From a virus (Duplodnaviria; Caudoviricetes): a stretch of 44,995 bases of DNA. Below are positions 44,967 to 44,995 of this stretch, piece after piece (position 1 is the stretch's first letter; every line of letters begins with the position of its first letter). The notes beneath the pieces were generated by a model. It saw only the letters and a list, made by a program, of their open reading frames with translations. It ran no database searches and was not told the DNA's origin. The translations under genes were made by a program, and so were the position numbers. Location: IMG/VR virus record IMGVR_UViG_3300030372_005089, positions 1-44,995 of that record. One strand, 5' to 3'.

Positions 44967-44995
44967 AAATACTCCTTTGGGTGTTGCGCTGTCAT
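44897..44995. repeat. Terminal direct repeat (copy of 1-99)
   Basis: Exact match to 1-99. Confidence 0.95.

Overview
The window is an apparently complete, circularly assembled dsDNA tailed-phage genome. Bases 1-99 repeat exactly at 44897-44995, giving a unit length of about 44,896 bp. Layout: (i) a leftward early region from ~8.2 kb back through the junction, with sigma70-like promoters, small unknown genes, a MoxR/CobS-like AAA+ ATPase and a vWA partner; (ii) a leftward recombination/replication module (XRE HTH, PD-(D/E)XK exonuclease, RecT-like annealase, SF2 helicase, primase, RusA-like resolvase); (iii) a rightward head module (terminases, portal, small basic proteins, scaffold, capsid); (iv) a leftward tail/ejection module converging on a terminator at ~17.7 kb. 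I recognised no integrase, DNA polymerase, endolysin, tRNA or CRISPR array. The most striking signals are non-coding. A perfect palindrome TTGGTTCGCGAACCAA occurs 11 times, plus one compensatory variant, all in the early arc, and is often fused to a conserved GGAGATAGCA ribosome-binding motif to form a ~35-bp gene-start cassette. A second palindrome, GTMAAC-N4-GTTKAC, occurs 6 times around the genome. The tail module looks hybrid: two tube-like paralogues and a possible miniature tape measure alongside podovirus-like ejection proteins. All product calls are from motifs and synteny by eye; no database search was run.
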